Source: Epithemia pelagica (taxonomy: Eukaryota; Protista; Bacillariophyta). From it: a DNA stretch of 64,000 nucleotides. How positions within the stretch are numbered: position 1 is the first letter of the stretch; each line of letters begins with the position of its first letter. The notes under the pieces were generated by a model that was not told where the DNA came from, did not search any database, and saw nothing but the letters and a program-made list of their open reading frames with translations. Made by a program: the position numbers and the translations under genes. Of the stretch, positions 11,127-24,321 are shown in pieces. The DNA lies in NCBI GenBank assembly GCA_946965045.2, contig OX337239.1, forward strand, positions 310,001 to 374,000. The letters run 5' to 3'.

Positions 11127-14100
11127 GGTGTGGTGGTTCGCCCCAACAGGATCGAGTGTATCTCCAAGCTTTGCAAACCTGGAGGAATGCTACTCTTCTT
11201 CTTCTTCTTCCCCCCGTTTCTCCTTTGTGTCTGTTCCTTCCCCTTTGTGTTTCCTCTCTCGCTTTGTTCTCACGTGGAGAGTTGGACATAACCAATCTCC
11301 TCAAGTCTCGATCGAGAGAAATGATGAATGACAAGGACAACAGTGGACGAGGGTGGAACAATGTGGAATTGGCCGTGGTTGTGCTCGAACGGTGGTTTTG
11401 CCAGAGGCGGTTTGGGTGGTGGGACCACCACAACAGGCTGGAGAATACGATCGACTGGGAGTCCACGAGCGCGCAATTCGTGCTAGGTTGTATGAAACAA
11501 ACAAGGCGGCGTGTGTTTGTTTGGTTCGGATGATTGTGTGTGATTTGTGGTTGTTTGTTTGTTTGTTTGGTTGGTTGGTTCGGATGATTGTGTGTGATTG
11601 TGATGGTGGTTGACTCGACACGCACGGCGAGAGTACCATTGTGGCTCAAATCACAGACGGGAGACGTAGAGTCCCCTCCTCCTCCTTCTTGTAGTTGTAA
11701 GGAGAGAGAGAGAGAGACGGCTCCACCCATGACGACGACGACGACGAGCAACACATTAAAGATCTCTTGTCGTATTGCAGCAAGGACCGCGTTGATTCGA
11801 ATTCTTCTTCGGTCCGGCCAACCAAGATTTCCAAACAACGAGGTAAATGTTGTGCGCACTTCGATTCCTTCCGGTTTCCTTTCATCCTCCGTTCGTCCAG
11901 ACCACCACCAGGATTGCACAAGTGTCTCTTGTTCTCTCTCGACTGGCGATTGTTTCAACATCATCATCATCCTCCGGACGGTACTGTCGTCAGGACGACC
12001 CATCCACAGTGATACAGGATTCGATACGCAACCAACAAGACGAGAAAGACGGCCAATCCATGTTCCACCAACCCAAAGAGTAGTTTCAGACAAGCAGTAT
12101 TCGTTGTCATTGGGTTGTCGTCGTTCTTGTCATGAAACTGAACGGAAATAGGCGTGTCCTGAGTGGTTTGGCTGTCATTGTCATTCTCCTCGTCGTCCAA
12201 ACGCCCGACTCGCACCATCCGACGGGGATCCACCACAATGACCATGGGAACAGGAGCATGGCATGATGGTCGTCGTCGTAGTTCACGATGATCCTGTCGT
12301 GGTCGTCCATGCGAACCACAGACAGTTGCGGCATGACCGCTGCCATGACTGTTACTGCCACTGTTGCTCCAGCAACTGTCGTCGGCATCCTCCGGAAAGA
12401 CGGTCGTTGTGGCTTGTGTGGGAGGATTGTTATCGCCGTGAGTTCCTTTCGCGGCCATGGAAGACCAACCACCGAGGAAAAAGCAGGCATCTCCTGCTTG
12501 TGGTTGCTGCTTGGTGGGTGTCATGGTTGGTGGCACGAGGGAATCTCTCGCGCTGTCTCGTCGTCCGACACACACAATATGGTTGGAAGGACAATCTCCA
12601 ATGACTCTCTCTCTCTCTCAGTCTCCCTGGATTCCAAACAAATGGAAAAGACTAGTAGAATCGATCGTATTGTTGTTGTTGAAACACACCAGTGTCTTTT
12701 GGGTCAATGATGTTGAATCGCCTCTAGAGAGCAAACTGTCGGAGTTCGCTTCTCTGTTCTCTGTCACTGAGCTTTGTGTCTGTTGAACCATGGAGCATGG
12801 AGATTTTCCTCCATGGATGGTGCGTCCGTTGGGCGGTTTTGGGCGATTGGCACTTTCATTTTGAAAACGAGTCACATACTCCTAATCGGTGATTTGTATT
12901 TCAATGATTCAGGGAGTATCCTCCGAAGGAAAAATCATCTCACTCCCCATCCAACAGAGACTTTGTAATCTCTGGGAAGTATCGATGGTTGGTAGGTGCC
13001 GCGTCACGACACGAGGCATGACACTGTGACGTCCCACGAGTCTTCTTCTGGAGCCTGCATCGCCGGCCGGTGGCAAAAGCGCCAGCCGATATACTGAACA
13101 AGAGCAGCGATCGAACCATGTTCACAAAACAAGGAACAAAAAGGTGAAGTCGCCCGGCCTCTTCTTGAAAGAACCAAAAAAAGTCGCTCCTCTGTCTCTC
13201 TCTTTGTTCTCGTGGTGGCGATTCTTCATGTGCTGGCCACTCACGCGTCGTTTCCGATTCGTTCCAGGCGCCGCAAGGATTGGAACACGATTGTCGGTGA
13301 CTGAACCAAGGCAACACGGGGACACTGACGTTCGTTGGCTCTCTCTACGGACTGTTCGATTCCAGTGTGGAAACCAAGCACGATCAGGTCCATGAAACAC
13401 AAACAAAGGAGATTGGGAACGATGCAACGAAACGGATTGCCGTGTGAAACACGCGTTCTTGAAAGTCTTGTCGTCGTCGTCATACATCAAAAGAGAATGT
13501 CTCCAAATGGCCCATTGCTTCATTCTTGTGCGGGCACACGACGGATCTACCAGCCGCCACAATCAGAGGTCTCATCCAACAATAATGATCCATTCGACAC
13601 ACAATACTACTACTTCACAAAAGAGCCGCAGAGCTCTGATAAATGTGGTGACGGGGCCAATTTCTTCGTTTGTGGCGAGAGGAGAATAATCCACAACCGT
13701 CCTGGACACGCCATGCAAAGAGATCTCTACTGTAGGATGCGTTCCACAATCTACACAGTGGTTGGTCCTCCAAAAGAACCTTGACAATGACGGAGAGCAG
13801 TGTGACGATTGTTGCGTCATTCTGCACAGTCACTGAGAAGAATCACCATTGCACCACGGGGCTCGTTGGAGTTGGACATGTTGGAACACGTTTCTATCGT
13901 ATATACACCATCAGGCGAGTGATGCTATCTGCGAGAAACAAAGAGGGCAAAGGACCCCATACTATGTGCGACGGTGCAACTGAGGAACCAGAATGCGATT
14001 CCATCTCCACCAGGAACTTCATTCCGCGAGTTCCGATCTGGGAGTACCACGCTCGAAAACCCAATCGTGCTGCACCTCTTGCGCGTATAGTCTTGGAGGC

Positions 14101-14380
14101 AGGCTCTCGTTCCCGTTCCCTCTGTGAATCATAGAAGACAACATGTGTGTTCGATCGAGAACGAGCCTGGATTGATCCACATCAACTGGTATTATGTAAG
14201 AGCGAGAAGAAAACAAAGTTGCAAACGATCACGTAGAATGATTTCTGCAACAGGAAACAGAACCCCACGCAACGAAAGGTGCTCCGACGGACGAAACGCA
14301 TCCTTCACAAAAGTGATTCGTTGATGTGGCAACAGTGCTTATACATGTCTTCCCGAGTGCTGCAGTAGGAGAAAGTCTTT

Positions 14381-15622
14381 ATGTCAAAAAATTTAGAAAG
14401 CGGTCCATCGCTCCGAGAAGGGCATGATATTCAAGACATGAAAATCCACGAACAAGCGCTCTTGTCTGGACTGGAGTTCCGCTACAACAAAGACAAATCT
14501 GAGGAACCCATTTGGAGTGCATCCACTTTGCCTCCATGGCGGGGACGGAGTCGGATCCACCACGCTTCGGTTGTTGTGCATCATCCAGCCTCGAAACACG
14601 ACGAGAAGGTTGTGGTGATCAGCGGAGGAACTGTGACGGAAATTTGCCTTCCAGCAGATTCGGTGATTCTATTATATGATGACCGTAACAAGTGGCAACA
14701 AGGACCCCCTATGCGAGAAATACGGAGTGGGCATGCTTCGGTGGTATGCAATGGCGCTGTTTACGCCATTGGCGGACGCAGCGAATCTTACTTTTATTCG
14801 ACTAACAACGGCGGTCCATCGGGCTTGGATTCGATTGAACGCATCCATGTTAGGGACTTGTTTCCGCATTCATTATCGTCTCGAAGCAGCAGCACGAATG
14901 GATGGACGATGTTGAACTGTCGTCTGTCGACGAAACGACATGGGTGTGCCGCCGCTGTTGTACATGACAGATTTATTGTGGTGGCCGGGGGGTTGAATGG
15001 ATTGAATTATTTATCATCGGTTGACATTCTCGACACGGCATGTGGAAATTCATGTATTGTCACATCTGGACCATCGTTGGAAACACGTCGAAGTTTTTTA
15101 GGAATGGCTGTGATTCGACAACGTATATATGCTGTTGGTGGGAGTAATAGATGGGATGCCCTGAGCTCAGTCGAATATCTCGAATTTGATGATTTGTTGG
15201 ATAACACAGCAAAAAGTACAGAGTCTGTGTTCCCTTTTTCCAAGTCCTGGACAATGCACAAGGAACTGAGTCTGAAGTCGCCTCGAAATCAACATGGTGT
15301 AGTCCAAGTGGGTTCCTGTCTTGTCGTTGCAGGAGGATACACCAGCGGTGTAGGTGTAGGATCACATTATGTGGTGGAAGTTTTAGATGCGGCGAAAGAC
15401 ATGTGTTGGGAGCTTCCCAACTTGAAAGAGTCGAGGACTGGCTGTAGCATGGTGTCCTTGTCGAATTGTATCGCTGTGATTGGTGGGCTTCATGCGGAAG
15501 AGCCTTGCGAAACCATCGCACTTGTGGACAAGAACAGTCGACTATTTGCTCGTTTGGTGGAAATGGGTAAGAGTCCAATGTATAGCTTGAGGAACGCCTA
15601 TGTGGAACGATACCGCAACTGA
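14381..15622 (+). CDS. Kelch-repeat beta-propeller protein 1 (no BTB), 413 aa
   Basis: Repeated GG...W...M...R..H/GC units (GAVYAIGG, FIVVAGG, IYAVGG, LVVAGG, IAVIGG); intact and intronless. Confidence 0.93.
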   Translation: MSKNLESGPSLREGHDIQDMKIHEQALLSGLEFRYNKDKSEEPIWSASTLPPWRGRSRIHHASVVVHHPASKHDEKVVVISGGTVTEICLPADSVILLYDDRNKWQQGPPMREIRSGHASVVCNGAVYAIGGRSESYFYSTNNGGPSGLDSIERIHVRDLFPHSLSSRSSSTNGWTMLNCRLSTKRHGCAAAVVHDRFIVVAGGLNGLNYLSSVDILDTACGNSCIVTSGPSLETRRSFLGMAVIRQRIYAVGGSNRWDALSSVEYLEFDDLLDNTAKSTESVFPFSKSWTMHKELSLKSPRNQHGVVQVGSCLVVAGGYTSGVGVGSHYVVEVLDAAKDMCWELPNLKESRTGCSMVSLSNCIAVIGGLHAEEPCETIALVDKNSRLFARLVEMGKSPMYSLRNAYVERYRN

Positions 15623-15876
15623 AAAAGAGAGGCTGCCATTGCTACAAATGATATCCGTCCATGCCATAGAGCTCTATAAGTAGAAAGTAGTCTACCGTCT
15701 GAATGAAGAAGATATTATTCGTAGGAGTAGGGGTACCAACAGAAATACTCCCACACAATAGGTGGAAAGCAGCCGTGGGTGTGCTATTACTACAGATGAA
15801 ACAAACAAACAGACAGACAAAGCGCGAATCAACATAAAGCCCGTAGTACAGTGTGTTCCAAAAGATGCACTTCCTG

Positions 15877-17942
15877 TCATTGAGCATCGTCGTCCTCGTC
15901 CGGACCCAGACACCCGCGAACAGAGGGCAGTTTCCTCCAAATCTCTGTAAAGGCCCAGAGAATAAACAAGGCCAAACGAATCCCCATGACTTGTCCCATT
16001 CCCACCACAAAGAGGACCGAGATCATGGTGGGAAAGGACAAATGATTCGTCAAAGGAACGGCCGCTTCCTGGGAGGAGGTTTCCACAATGGAGAAAAAGG
16101 CAATTCTCCAAATGGCGGCACCCGGCACGAGCAAATACAAACTGGGCATGAGACAAAACCACAAATCACTCCGTTGATATTGAAATCGATTGTTTCGTCG
16201 ATAGCCATTTCGGGTATCACCCGCGCCTTGATCGGCCCATCCATGATCCACAAACCGCACGACGGTAGGAGACTGCGGCGTCGCCGTGAGCACGGGGGTG
16301 GGAATCTTGGGAGTGCCTTGTTCGGTAACGTGGTGAGTGGTGTCCGTGACCAAGGGCTCGGTAATGTCTTTGCGGCGTTGGAGTTTCTTGAGGAGGAAGG
16401 CAGTCGGTTCCACGGCCAATTTGGTCAAGTGAAGCTTGTTCAAAAGAACAATCAACACGTGGGCCGTGATTGTCACCAAAAGGGCTGGAATAAAATTCCC
16501 AATAAACATGGGTTGTTTCCACGTGACCGTCAACATGTACTGGGAATGAAGACCCAGCATTTGCGTCAAGATGCAAATCGGCCAGTGCTTGGGGGACACT
16601 CGTAAATGCATCAAGGCTCCCACGCCCAAGATTGGATACAAGTAGGGGAACCAAAAGGGATCCACTGCACCCATTCGGTTCGGAGCCGTGCATGGAGCAG
16701 TGATTCGGTCAAAATGGTCCGGACCACCGTATCCAGAGAACCACAAGCCAATGGCCACGCCGAAACCCAATCCAAACGATCGTAAGGCAGCCAAACAAAA
16801 TCGAGTCAATCCAGTAATCACCAAGTTCTGAGTGATTTCATAGAGACTCAAAACAAAGGAGATTCCATGTAGAAAACAAAAGAGTGAACCAAGTACTTGC
16901 GCTCTAAAGCAAGAAGATTCCGGAAAGAGAACTGTCCAGTACGTTGACTGTAGCAAAAGAATAAGAAGGATGATGAGAGAATAGCTTCTCCGTTTCATTG
17001 TGCCAATCATGAAAGAAGATCAAGAGAACGTACCAGCATGGCAGTTGCAATAGCAATCAAAAACTCTTCCACTCCGACCAGTTGCGAATGCTTGGAACAC
17101 AAGAAATGAATAATACCAGCCACAGAACCAATGACAAAGCATGCCATAAAGTCCGTAAGAGTTCCTCCAAAGTACACAACACATCCAAAGGACGCTAACA
17201 GAGGGAACAGGGCAATGCGACCGGGGAACTGCCGATAAAAAAGCTCAAAGCCTCGAAAGGCCTTCTTGGATGGCCCATTCTTGCTGCTGGCTTTGGTAGT
17301 AGTAGTAGCTGTGCTGGTGCGTTCTTCACAGACTTGAATCCGTTGGAGGCCTTCGGTAACGGATATCGAATCCTCCAGAACTCCCAAGGCAATCCGCGAC
17401 AATTCTTGCATGGCGTAACCATCATAGTCACTGGCGAATCGATGATAGGTCATAATGGCTCCCTGCTGATAGGTCCAGCGCGTCGCGGCAATTTCAATTT
17501 CCAAGTCTAAATCCTCCACCTTGAGCTTCTTGCGCAATTCATCGACAAAGGACCGCGTGAGAAAGGCGGCATATGCCACTTTGAGCATGGAATCTGCAAT
17601 CCGAATGATAAAGAGGACGGAACAGACTTGTTGATAGGTCATGTCCTCAAAGTCACTGAGACGCTTCACAAAGGGACGGAGCTTGATGGGAACCGGTATG
17701 TCATCCCACGATGATGTCGAAGAGAATGTTGTCCGGCTGTTATTGCTCGAAAGGGAACCATAGTAGTTCTTGTGCTGTTTGATCAGAGAGAGATTTGTCA
17801 AAATTCCTTGGGCTGCGGTTTTCGTGAGCGACGCCGGAGGAGATTCAATGTCAAAGTCCTCGTCGCTGCCTACCAGTCTGTGCTCGAGCGTGCGCCTTTC
17901 ACGACGTTCCAAACACAGCGCTTCTACGTAACGCGATGACAT
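15877..17942 (-). CDS. ThrE/DUF1212-family threonine/serine exporter-like membrane protein, 2 exons, ~659 aa
   Basis: A GT-AG intron at 16948-17033 (phase 0) joins ...IATAML to STYWTV.... ThrE-like motifs GISFVLSLYEITQNLVITGLTRF and LYLLVPG are present, with many TM segments. Confidence 0.8.
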
Positions 17943-19490
17943 GCTGTCTGAAAGTACCGTTGCCTAATAGAATGCCAGGAACAAACCGCAAGAGAAGAGA
18001 GTGATCTTGCTTCCTCAGCAACCACTCCTATCACGTTCATTATCAGCAGCGATGTCATGCTGCTGCTGCTGGTCTTTCTTCCTCCTTGGCTGTGCGGAAC
18101 ACATCTTGAACGAAAAGTGTTCGAGACATCCAACAGATCAGCCAACATGATTCACAGGCAACAACTTGTGAAAACCTCGTTTGAGCAATCTTTCAGACGG
18201 TCCAACACCAAACGCGACCTAACGCGACCAGATGCCAAAAAAGCGACCGGCTGGTGGCTCAACTGGGTTGAGAGTTGAAGATTGGAAATTAGATCTGCAC
18301 CCAAAGACCACCGGCCATCACCATGAGATTGGAGACGAAATCACCTCAACGTTCATAACGGGCGCTTCTTGTTGCATGCACACAGGATATTCTCGCTATT
18401 TCAGGTTGTTGATGTTTCTCGTCTGGGTTCACTCAGGATCTCCCCTCATGCCGTTTGTTGTTTCTACGCAATTTCGGATCGCTTCTAGACTTGAGGCAAG
18501 AGTTGAAGAAGTGATTGTTCACTCCGTCTTTGGGATCAGCTAGGAAGGCGGGAAGACCACCCGGACTTGGCCATTCATAATCATTTACGGAAGGTACGAC
18601 ATGAAAATGTATCCTATAGTGATCCATATCGAGAACTCGAAGCACAATAAACCGGCGCAGGAGACTACTTTGTTTGATCATGGCGGTAACTTTGGCACAT
18701 GAATGCATTACGATGGCCTTGAAGATCAATGTTGCGAACCTGACAACTCTGATTTTTTGCAGAATGCTGGTCGGTTGCCATCCAAGTTGATTCTCCAACT
18801 TCACGACAAACCTCTAGAGAGTCATCATGAACCAGCAAGACGCAGACGCATCTCCTGATCCTTCAAAAGAGAAGCCCACTCGTCCTCAGAGACCACGAGT
18901 CAATATTTCGTAGTTGGGTTGGATCCATGAGAGATTTGAACGGAAGAACCTGGATGGAGCTCCTCCTCCGTTGTGCTTGGTGTGTTATGTGGCTGAGTCG
19001 GGTAGCGGGGCAGGCGCGGCATTTCACGCGGGAAGCATGTCGTGGAAGCCCGCCGCGCAAGTCGTCCCACGATTGTGATTAGGGGGGAGATTGGCAGGCA
19101 ACACGGGGGAAAACTGTGTGACCACACGAGAGTGAGTTTGCGGCCACAATTTGATGGATGGAACTCGTCGTTCTTGCTCTTGCGGCCCCATTCAAAAAGT
19201 GTGAGTGGAACCTGAGTTTCCCAGGATTGTGAGATGTGACCTCGACAACAAACAATGCTCGTTCGCTACAACGAGGCAACCACCCTTCTCACATTTTTGA
19301 TTCCCTCTTCAGTTTCCCACGTGTCCTTGTCTTGCCATTCATTGCTTCACGGAGCTTTCTCGTTCCACGCTGGACCCCTCGGACACGCTGTGATTTTGCA
19401 CCTCTCTCTCGCACCAATCGGTACCCTCCATTGATCCGTCTCTTCTGGATCCAGTGATTGTAGAAGTTCCGGGCTTTGTTCACAAAAGTC

Positions 19491-21071
19491 ATGACACAAT
19501 CGATCATGGCCGGCAGTTTTCCCCAGTGGATCGTCCGCACCGCACTCACAACGAGTGAGACGCTGTGTGCAACATTTTCGTGGCAGGACCAAGACGATGA
19601 CGACCAGAATGGTAGACGTACTTGCAGAAAAAACAAGAGTCGAAGGATTCTTCCAGATGGAGATCCATACCAGGATGACGACGACCAGGACGCCTTTGAC
19701 GATTATCCAGAGGACACTCTGGGGGATGATGATCCAATACCACTTTGTTTAAACCACGTATGGAAGGACTTTGATTCCTCCCTGGATAACTTGGCCTCGG
19801 ATATTTTATCCTTTGCCACATCGACACCTCCCATTCCTCGAGAAATAACCATTTCGAACGAGGCCGAATCTCCAGTGGGCCATGGGCGACGAGCCATGGA
19901 ACAAGAACAACAACACCACAGACATTTGCCGTCCACCAGCTTGATTCCCCCCAGACCGCTTTCCCGGACTGCGCCACGCTTGGTTCGCCATTCCCCTGTC
20001 TCTCCGGCCGGTAGTCCTTGCCACAGCTGCAACAACGATCTGATTGCGTCCGGTACATCGGTGGTTTCCTCCTTAGGTTCCGAAAGTCTAGTGGCCAATT
20101 CCAACAACGAAGAAGAAGAAGAAGAGGAAGATAGTTTGTTGGAGGACCTGGAGGACGAGATTGAATTCATGGCAAGCCTCCCGGGACCGCTCCGGCGGCA
20201 ACCGTGGAGCAGCAGTGAAACTGGAACTGTCCAGTCTCCCCTTCGCATGTCCCGAGAGACGGCGCCAGTGGACCGACCATCGTCACCCTTGGTGCAGTCC
20301 CCGGCAGTCAACCGGACCTTTGTCTTTTCGCCCCCCGACATTTCACGCCACGCCGTGTCTCTGTCACAACGGTCCGGTTCCGCATTTCCAAGGACGAGTG
20401 CAACGATGAATCATGGTACCACAGACGACTCGGGACTTTCTGCTGCAGACGAGAATACATGTTCGCTACTCGTCATGGAACGAGAGGATGTGACGACAAC
20501 AAGTTCCGCGTTGGAGTCGGGACGATCGCAAGAGCCATTGAGTAGTGAGGGGGTGATTTCGGAACGGGACCAACCCGAAGAAGGTGCATCGACCACATGT
20601 TTCACCTATTCGACACAAGAAACGAGCGATTCCTTTTTCCTCCCGTCCCATCTTGACAGTTCACCACCCACCGAGCTTGTTCGACAACAACAACAACAAG
20701 AAGAAGTGGAAACAACGACGAATCGGTCCTGTCCTCCCAATGATTGCGCCGACGGATCGAGTTACAGTACATCCTACAACAATCATGATTATTACATTCT
20801 CCAGGCAGCCACCACGGTCAAACGCATGTTGGTAGTAACGAATCCAAACCAAACTCTTGAAAGTCCTCTCCTGAGCCACCACACAACCAAGAACAAGAAA
20901 CTACGAGAGCGATCGCCGACGACGCGCAAAACCACCACCACCACCAAGGGCCTCCATCGCTCGCATTGGTTTTTACCTTCTCCTCAAGAAACCTGCATGT
21001 CTGGAATGAGCACACCGAGCCATTCACCCACATGTTCGCCCTGCGGTTCCGTGGCCGAAATCTCGGTATAG
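19491..21071 (+). CDS. Hypothetical Ser/Pro/Thr/acidic low-complexity protein
   Basis: ORF of ~526 aa from ATG 19491; no recognisable domain. Confidence 0.65.
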   Translation: MTQSIMAGSFPQWIVRTALTTSETLCATFSWQDQDDDDQNGRRTCRKNKSRRILPDGDPYQDDDDQDAFDDYPEDTLGDDDPIPLCLNHVWKDFDSSLDNLASDILSFATSTPPIPREITISNEAESPVGHGRRAMEQEQQHHRHLPSTSLIPPRPLSRTAPRLVRHSPVSPAGSPCHSCNNDLIASGTSVVSSLGSESLVANSNNEEEEEEEDSLLEDLEDEIEFMASLPGPLRRQPWSSSETGTVQSPLRMSRETAPVDRPSSPLVQSPAVNRTFVFSPPDISRHAVSLSQRSGSAFPRTSATMNHGTTDDSGLSAADENTCSLLVMEREDVTTTSSALESGRSQEPLSSEGVISERDQPEEGASTTCFTYSTQETSDSFFLPSHLDSSPPTELVRQQQQQEEVETTTNRSCPPNDCADGSSYSTSYNNHDYYILQAATTVKRMLVVTNPNQTLESPLLSHHTTKNKKLRERSPTTRKTTTTTKGLHRSHWFLPSPQETCMSGMSTPSHSPTCSPCGSVAEISV

Positions 21072-22389
21072 CGCGAACATACGGTCAGTCTTTCCCGGAG
21101 ATATCATGCGATGGAAACGATATCTATACAGAAACAAAGGTTCTTGGCAAGTGGCGTTCCTGATTCTACGATTGTCTCTATAAGAATAGCCATTTTGAGT
21201 GTAACGGGGCATAAAACAACGGGTCATGGTTTGGTTGACGTACTCGTATCGTATAGCACTGACACGGACTACCTACCTAGTAAAGGCAGTTGCCTGTTTT
21301 TGCAACGACGCCGTACCGCCACTGCTCGACACGCTTAATCGTCCTTCTCTTTTGCGGGGCCACACCACACTCATTTGATGACATTGGGTCGTATGGTGCG
21401 ACGACCAAGGGACCACATCTACACTACCTTGATTACCAGTTAGTATAGGTGTAGCTGAAACCACACGTCTCGTAGAGGTTCCGCCCCGTCCAAAAGAGCG
21501 CACCGCCATTCTTGGCGCCGCAGTACGAAAGCTTGGGAAGGATCATCCATCATGGTAAGTCTGCAATAGACATGGGAAAAAAATAATGTGCGGTCCATCG
21601 TCTTTGTGGTACTCCTAGCTAGGAGTAGCTATTATTTGTCTTGGGTCTGTTTTTGTGGTAGCTATATGTGACGTCACATGCGGACCCACCGCTGACATCA
21701 TCACTAATTCGGATCTTCTTGTGAATTTGACGGACAAGGACACATCTCGCTTTCTCATTTTCTTTCCGACCAAGACTAAAGTCTACCGTGTGTTGGATGC
21801 CCCTTCTCCCTTGTCCGTGTCCCTTGTTGCGTGTGTTGTTGTTGTGTGGGTGGTACTCTTGTTGCTCCATGGTGTGCCGCTTTCTTCTTTCTTGCGTTTG
21901 CTTTTCTGCTTTCTGCGGCTTTCTGGTTTCTTGTTTGTGTCTTTCCGTCTTGGAATTACCGCTTGCAGTCACTACAGACAGTCCCCAATGAGTTAAATGA
22001 CGGGAGACTCTTTGTTTGATACGACATCAGCCAGACCTCCATGGTTGCCTTTGTCACACAACTTTTCGATCGTTCTCGTTTCTCGATACCAGGATGTGAT
22101 GGGTGATGGCGGCCTGCGTCACCCTCCTGCAGTCGATCGTCGCATTAGCAGGATGACCAATGACCACAACAGATGCAGCGGCATTCGGAACTTTGAACAT
22201 TTACAAACGTCCACTCCTCGGTATAAAAAGCAAAAGCCCTTTTGCAAGCAAGCAACAGAGATTTGGATACCACCACCAAACACGCCACATTTTTACTTCT
22301 TTGGCGAAACCATATCTGTGGTGACGTGATAGAAGAATATCGAATACCCTCGGCAGCCTTCCATTCCGAATTTAGAATTCAGTGCCACC

Positions 22390-23955
22390 ATGGGCAACTC
22401 CCTCTCCAACCACCACAACAAGTTTCCCGGAGTCGTGACGGACGATGAATCCGGCTGTGTCGTCTATGGAACCTTTTTGGAACCTCGCCATGTCCACCAA
22501 TTGCATCGCATCCGTCGTGGTCGTCGTGGTCGAACCACCAAGAACAACAACAACAAGAACAACAAACCATTGAAACGATTGAGTTTCTTGTCGTGTACCT
22601 TGGGCGATTGCGAGGGCCATGTCTTTGCCACCACCTTGGCTCGGTATATTACGCGCAATCCGCAATTGGAATGGGTCTTTGTCACGGGACGCTTGCTCTT
22701 GGAGAATCCGGCCCAGGCCTGCATCGTCCTGGAAGCTCTGCACAACCTCACGGCACTCTACCGACTGTGCCTGTGTTTTGGAGGATCCTCGGCGACAGTC
22801 ACTGTGGGCCAAACACTGGGGTCCGTCATCCAGAGACACGGTACCACGCTTCAAGTGTTGCACCTCAATGCCATTTCGTGGCGCGACCATCCACAGGCCT
22901 TGCAGGCCCTGGCACACCACGGACTCCGACACGCCACGGCCTTGCATACATTGGATTTCAGTGAGTGTCGCATGACGGACCAAGGATTTCAAGCCTTTTG
23001 TCAGGGTCTCCTGGAAGAGGATGATAGTGAGGAGGAGAATGATAATGGAACGACGAACCACAACAAGAATAACAAGAATGGTCCAGCCGTTCGCCTTTGT
23101 CTTCGAACCTTGGTGTTGCGACGCAACAAGCTCACGAGTCAATCGTTGCCTTGGGTGGCCAAGCTCTTGACGTGTCTCAGTTTGGAGCACGTGAGTCTGA
23201 GTAAAACCTCCTTGTTTCACCGAGCCACTCCCCATGAGGTCGAATCGTTCGTCGACGCACTCCAACAACACTCGTGCCTCCAGACGCTGGACCTGTCCGC
23301 CTGCGACATGGACGAGACGACACTCCCCTTGGTCTTGGACGCCTTGCGATTCAACCACCGACTGACTTCCTTGGATCTCAGTGACAATCCCTTTCTCCAA
23401 ACAAAAGAAGGAACCTTGTTGAAACACTTGACGCCCGTCGTGTCGCAGTGGACGACCTTGTCGACGCTCACCGTCCAAAACCACAACCATGCCGCCGCCT
23501 GTCGAAACGACTCCTCACCAAACCCTGCAGAACAGGAACCGAGCGACTCGACTAATACGACGAGGCTGCTGTGCCAAGAATTTGTCCAGGCCCTGAGACT
23601 CAACACCAGTCTCACACGTCTGGACATGGACCCGGCCTCCAAAGCTCTGTTGGAGCAACGTCCGGACCAACAACAACAACAACACGGCAAATCCACCAGT
23701 TTGAGTCTCTGGTCGCACGTCAACAATGTGCTGCAATGCAACTTGACACGACAACGATTGGATCGTCGTCGTCCGCATGCCGACTCGATTCCACTGGCGG
23801 TCTGGCCCACGTTTTTGGAACGACTGCTGTCACGAACCGACACGAAAGGACAACAACAAGAACAACCGCATGGTCCTTCCGTGGCACTGTTGGTCCTGCA
23901 ACGACAAGTGCCCAAGATTGTGACGCTTCCTGCAACCCCAAGAACGTCGTGCTAG
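22390..23955 (+). CDS. RNI-like leucine-rich repeat protein, 521 aa
   Basis: LRRs such as LHTLDFSECRMTDQG, LRTLVLRRNKL, LQTLDLSACDM and LTSLDLSDN, plus LRLNTSLTRLDM; N-terminal MG (possible myristoylation). Confidence 0.9.
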   Translation: MGNSLSNHHNKFPGVVTDDESGCVVYGTFLEPRHVHQLHRIRRGRRGRTTKNNNNKNNKPLKRLSFLSCTLGDCEGHVFATTLARYITRNPQLEWVFVTGRLLLENPAQACIVLEALHNLTALYRLCLCFGGSSATVTVGQTLGSVIQRHGTTLQVLHLNAISWRDHPQALQALAHHGLRHATALHTLDFSECRMTDQGFQAFCQGLLEEDDSEEENDNGTTNHNKNNKNGPAVRLCLRTLVLRRNKLTSQSLPWVAKLLTCLSLEHVSLSKTSLFHRATPHEVESFVDALQQHSCLQTLDLSACDMDETTLPLVLDALRFNHRLTSLDLSDNPFLQTKEGTLLKHLTPVVSQWTTLSTLTVQNHNHAAACRNDSSPNPAEQEPSDSTNTTRLLCQEFVQALRLNTSLTRLDMDPASKALLEQRPDQQQQQHGKSTSLSLWSHVNNVLQCNLTRQRLDRRRPHADSIPLAVWPTFLERLLSRTDTKGQQQEQPHGPSVALLVLQRQVPKIVTLPATPRTSC

Positions 23956-24321
23956 ACGGAATAACCCCTGTTGGTTGTCTTTTGGTTTTGGTTTCCTGTC
24001 ACCCGATTTGCTATGTATTTTTCTCTGTATCTCCGTAAAGCTAGGCGGTGTTTCAGTAACGATTCTTGTGGTCTACATTCTCTCTAGCTCACCATGCCTC
24101 GCAATTTCGAACCGCGAGATATAGTGGAAAATCTCTCCAGGAGACTCCCTCTATTAGGGCCCAAAGTTCCAATGGCGGAACGATCAAGAAGCGTTCATAC
24201 AATACAACACCAGTTTTACTTTGAGCCTTTAACTGTAAATGGACTCCGGGACTAGATATGTAGTTTTCTTGCTACGATGCTGCTCATCCGATGCTATCTT
24301 TGGGTCCGATGCTATCTTTCC

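Noticed and set aside
10939-12604. Long ORFs 10939-12093 and 11967-12575
   Set aside because: Dominated by microsatellite-derived low complexity with no recognisable motif; coding status is unsupported.
17950-19470. Short ORFs in 18-19.4 kb (also 12.6-14.3 kb and 31.7-32.6 kb)
   Set aside because: Possibly relic coding sequence, but there is no consistent frame or motif to support a call.
22372-23915. Long antisense ORFs over the LRR, Kelch, DUF1749 and methyltransferase genes
   Set aside because: Shadow frames of real genes with no independent motifs.
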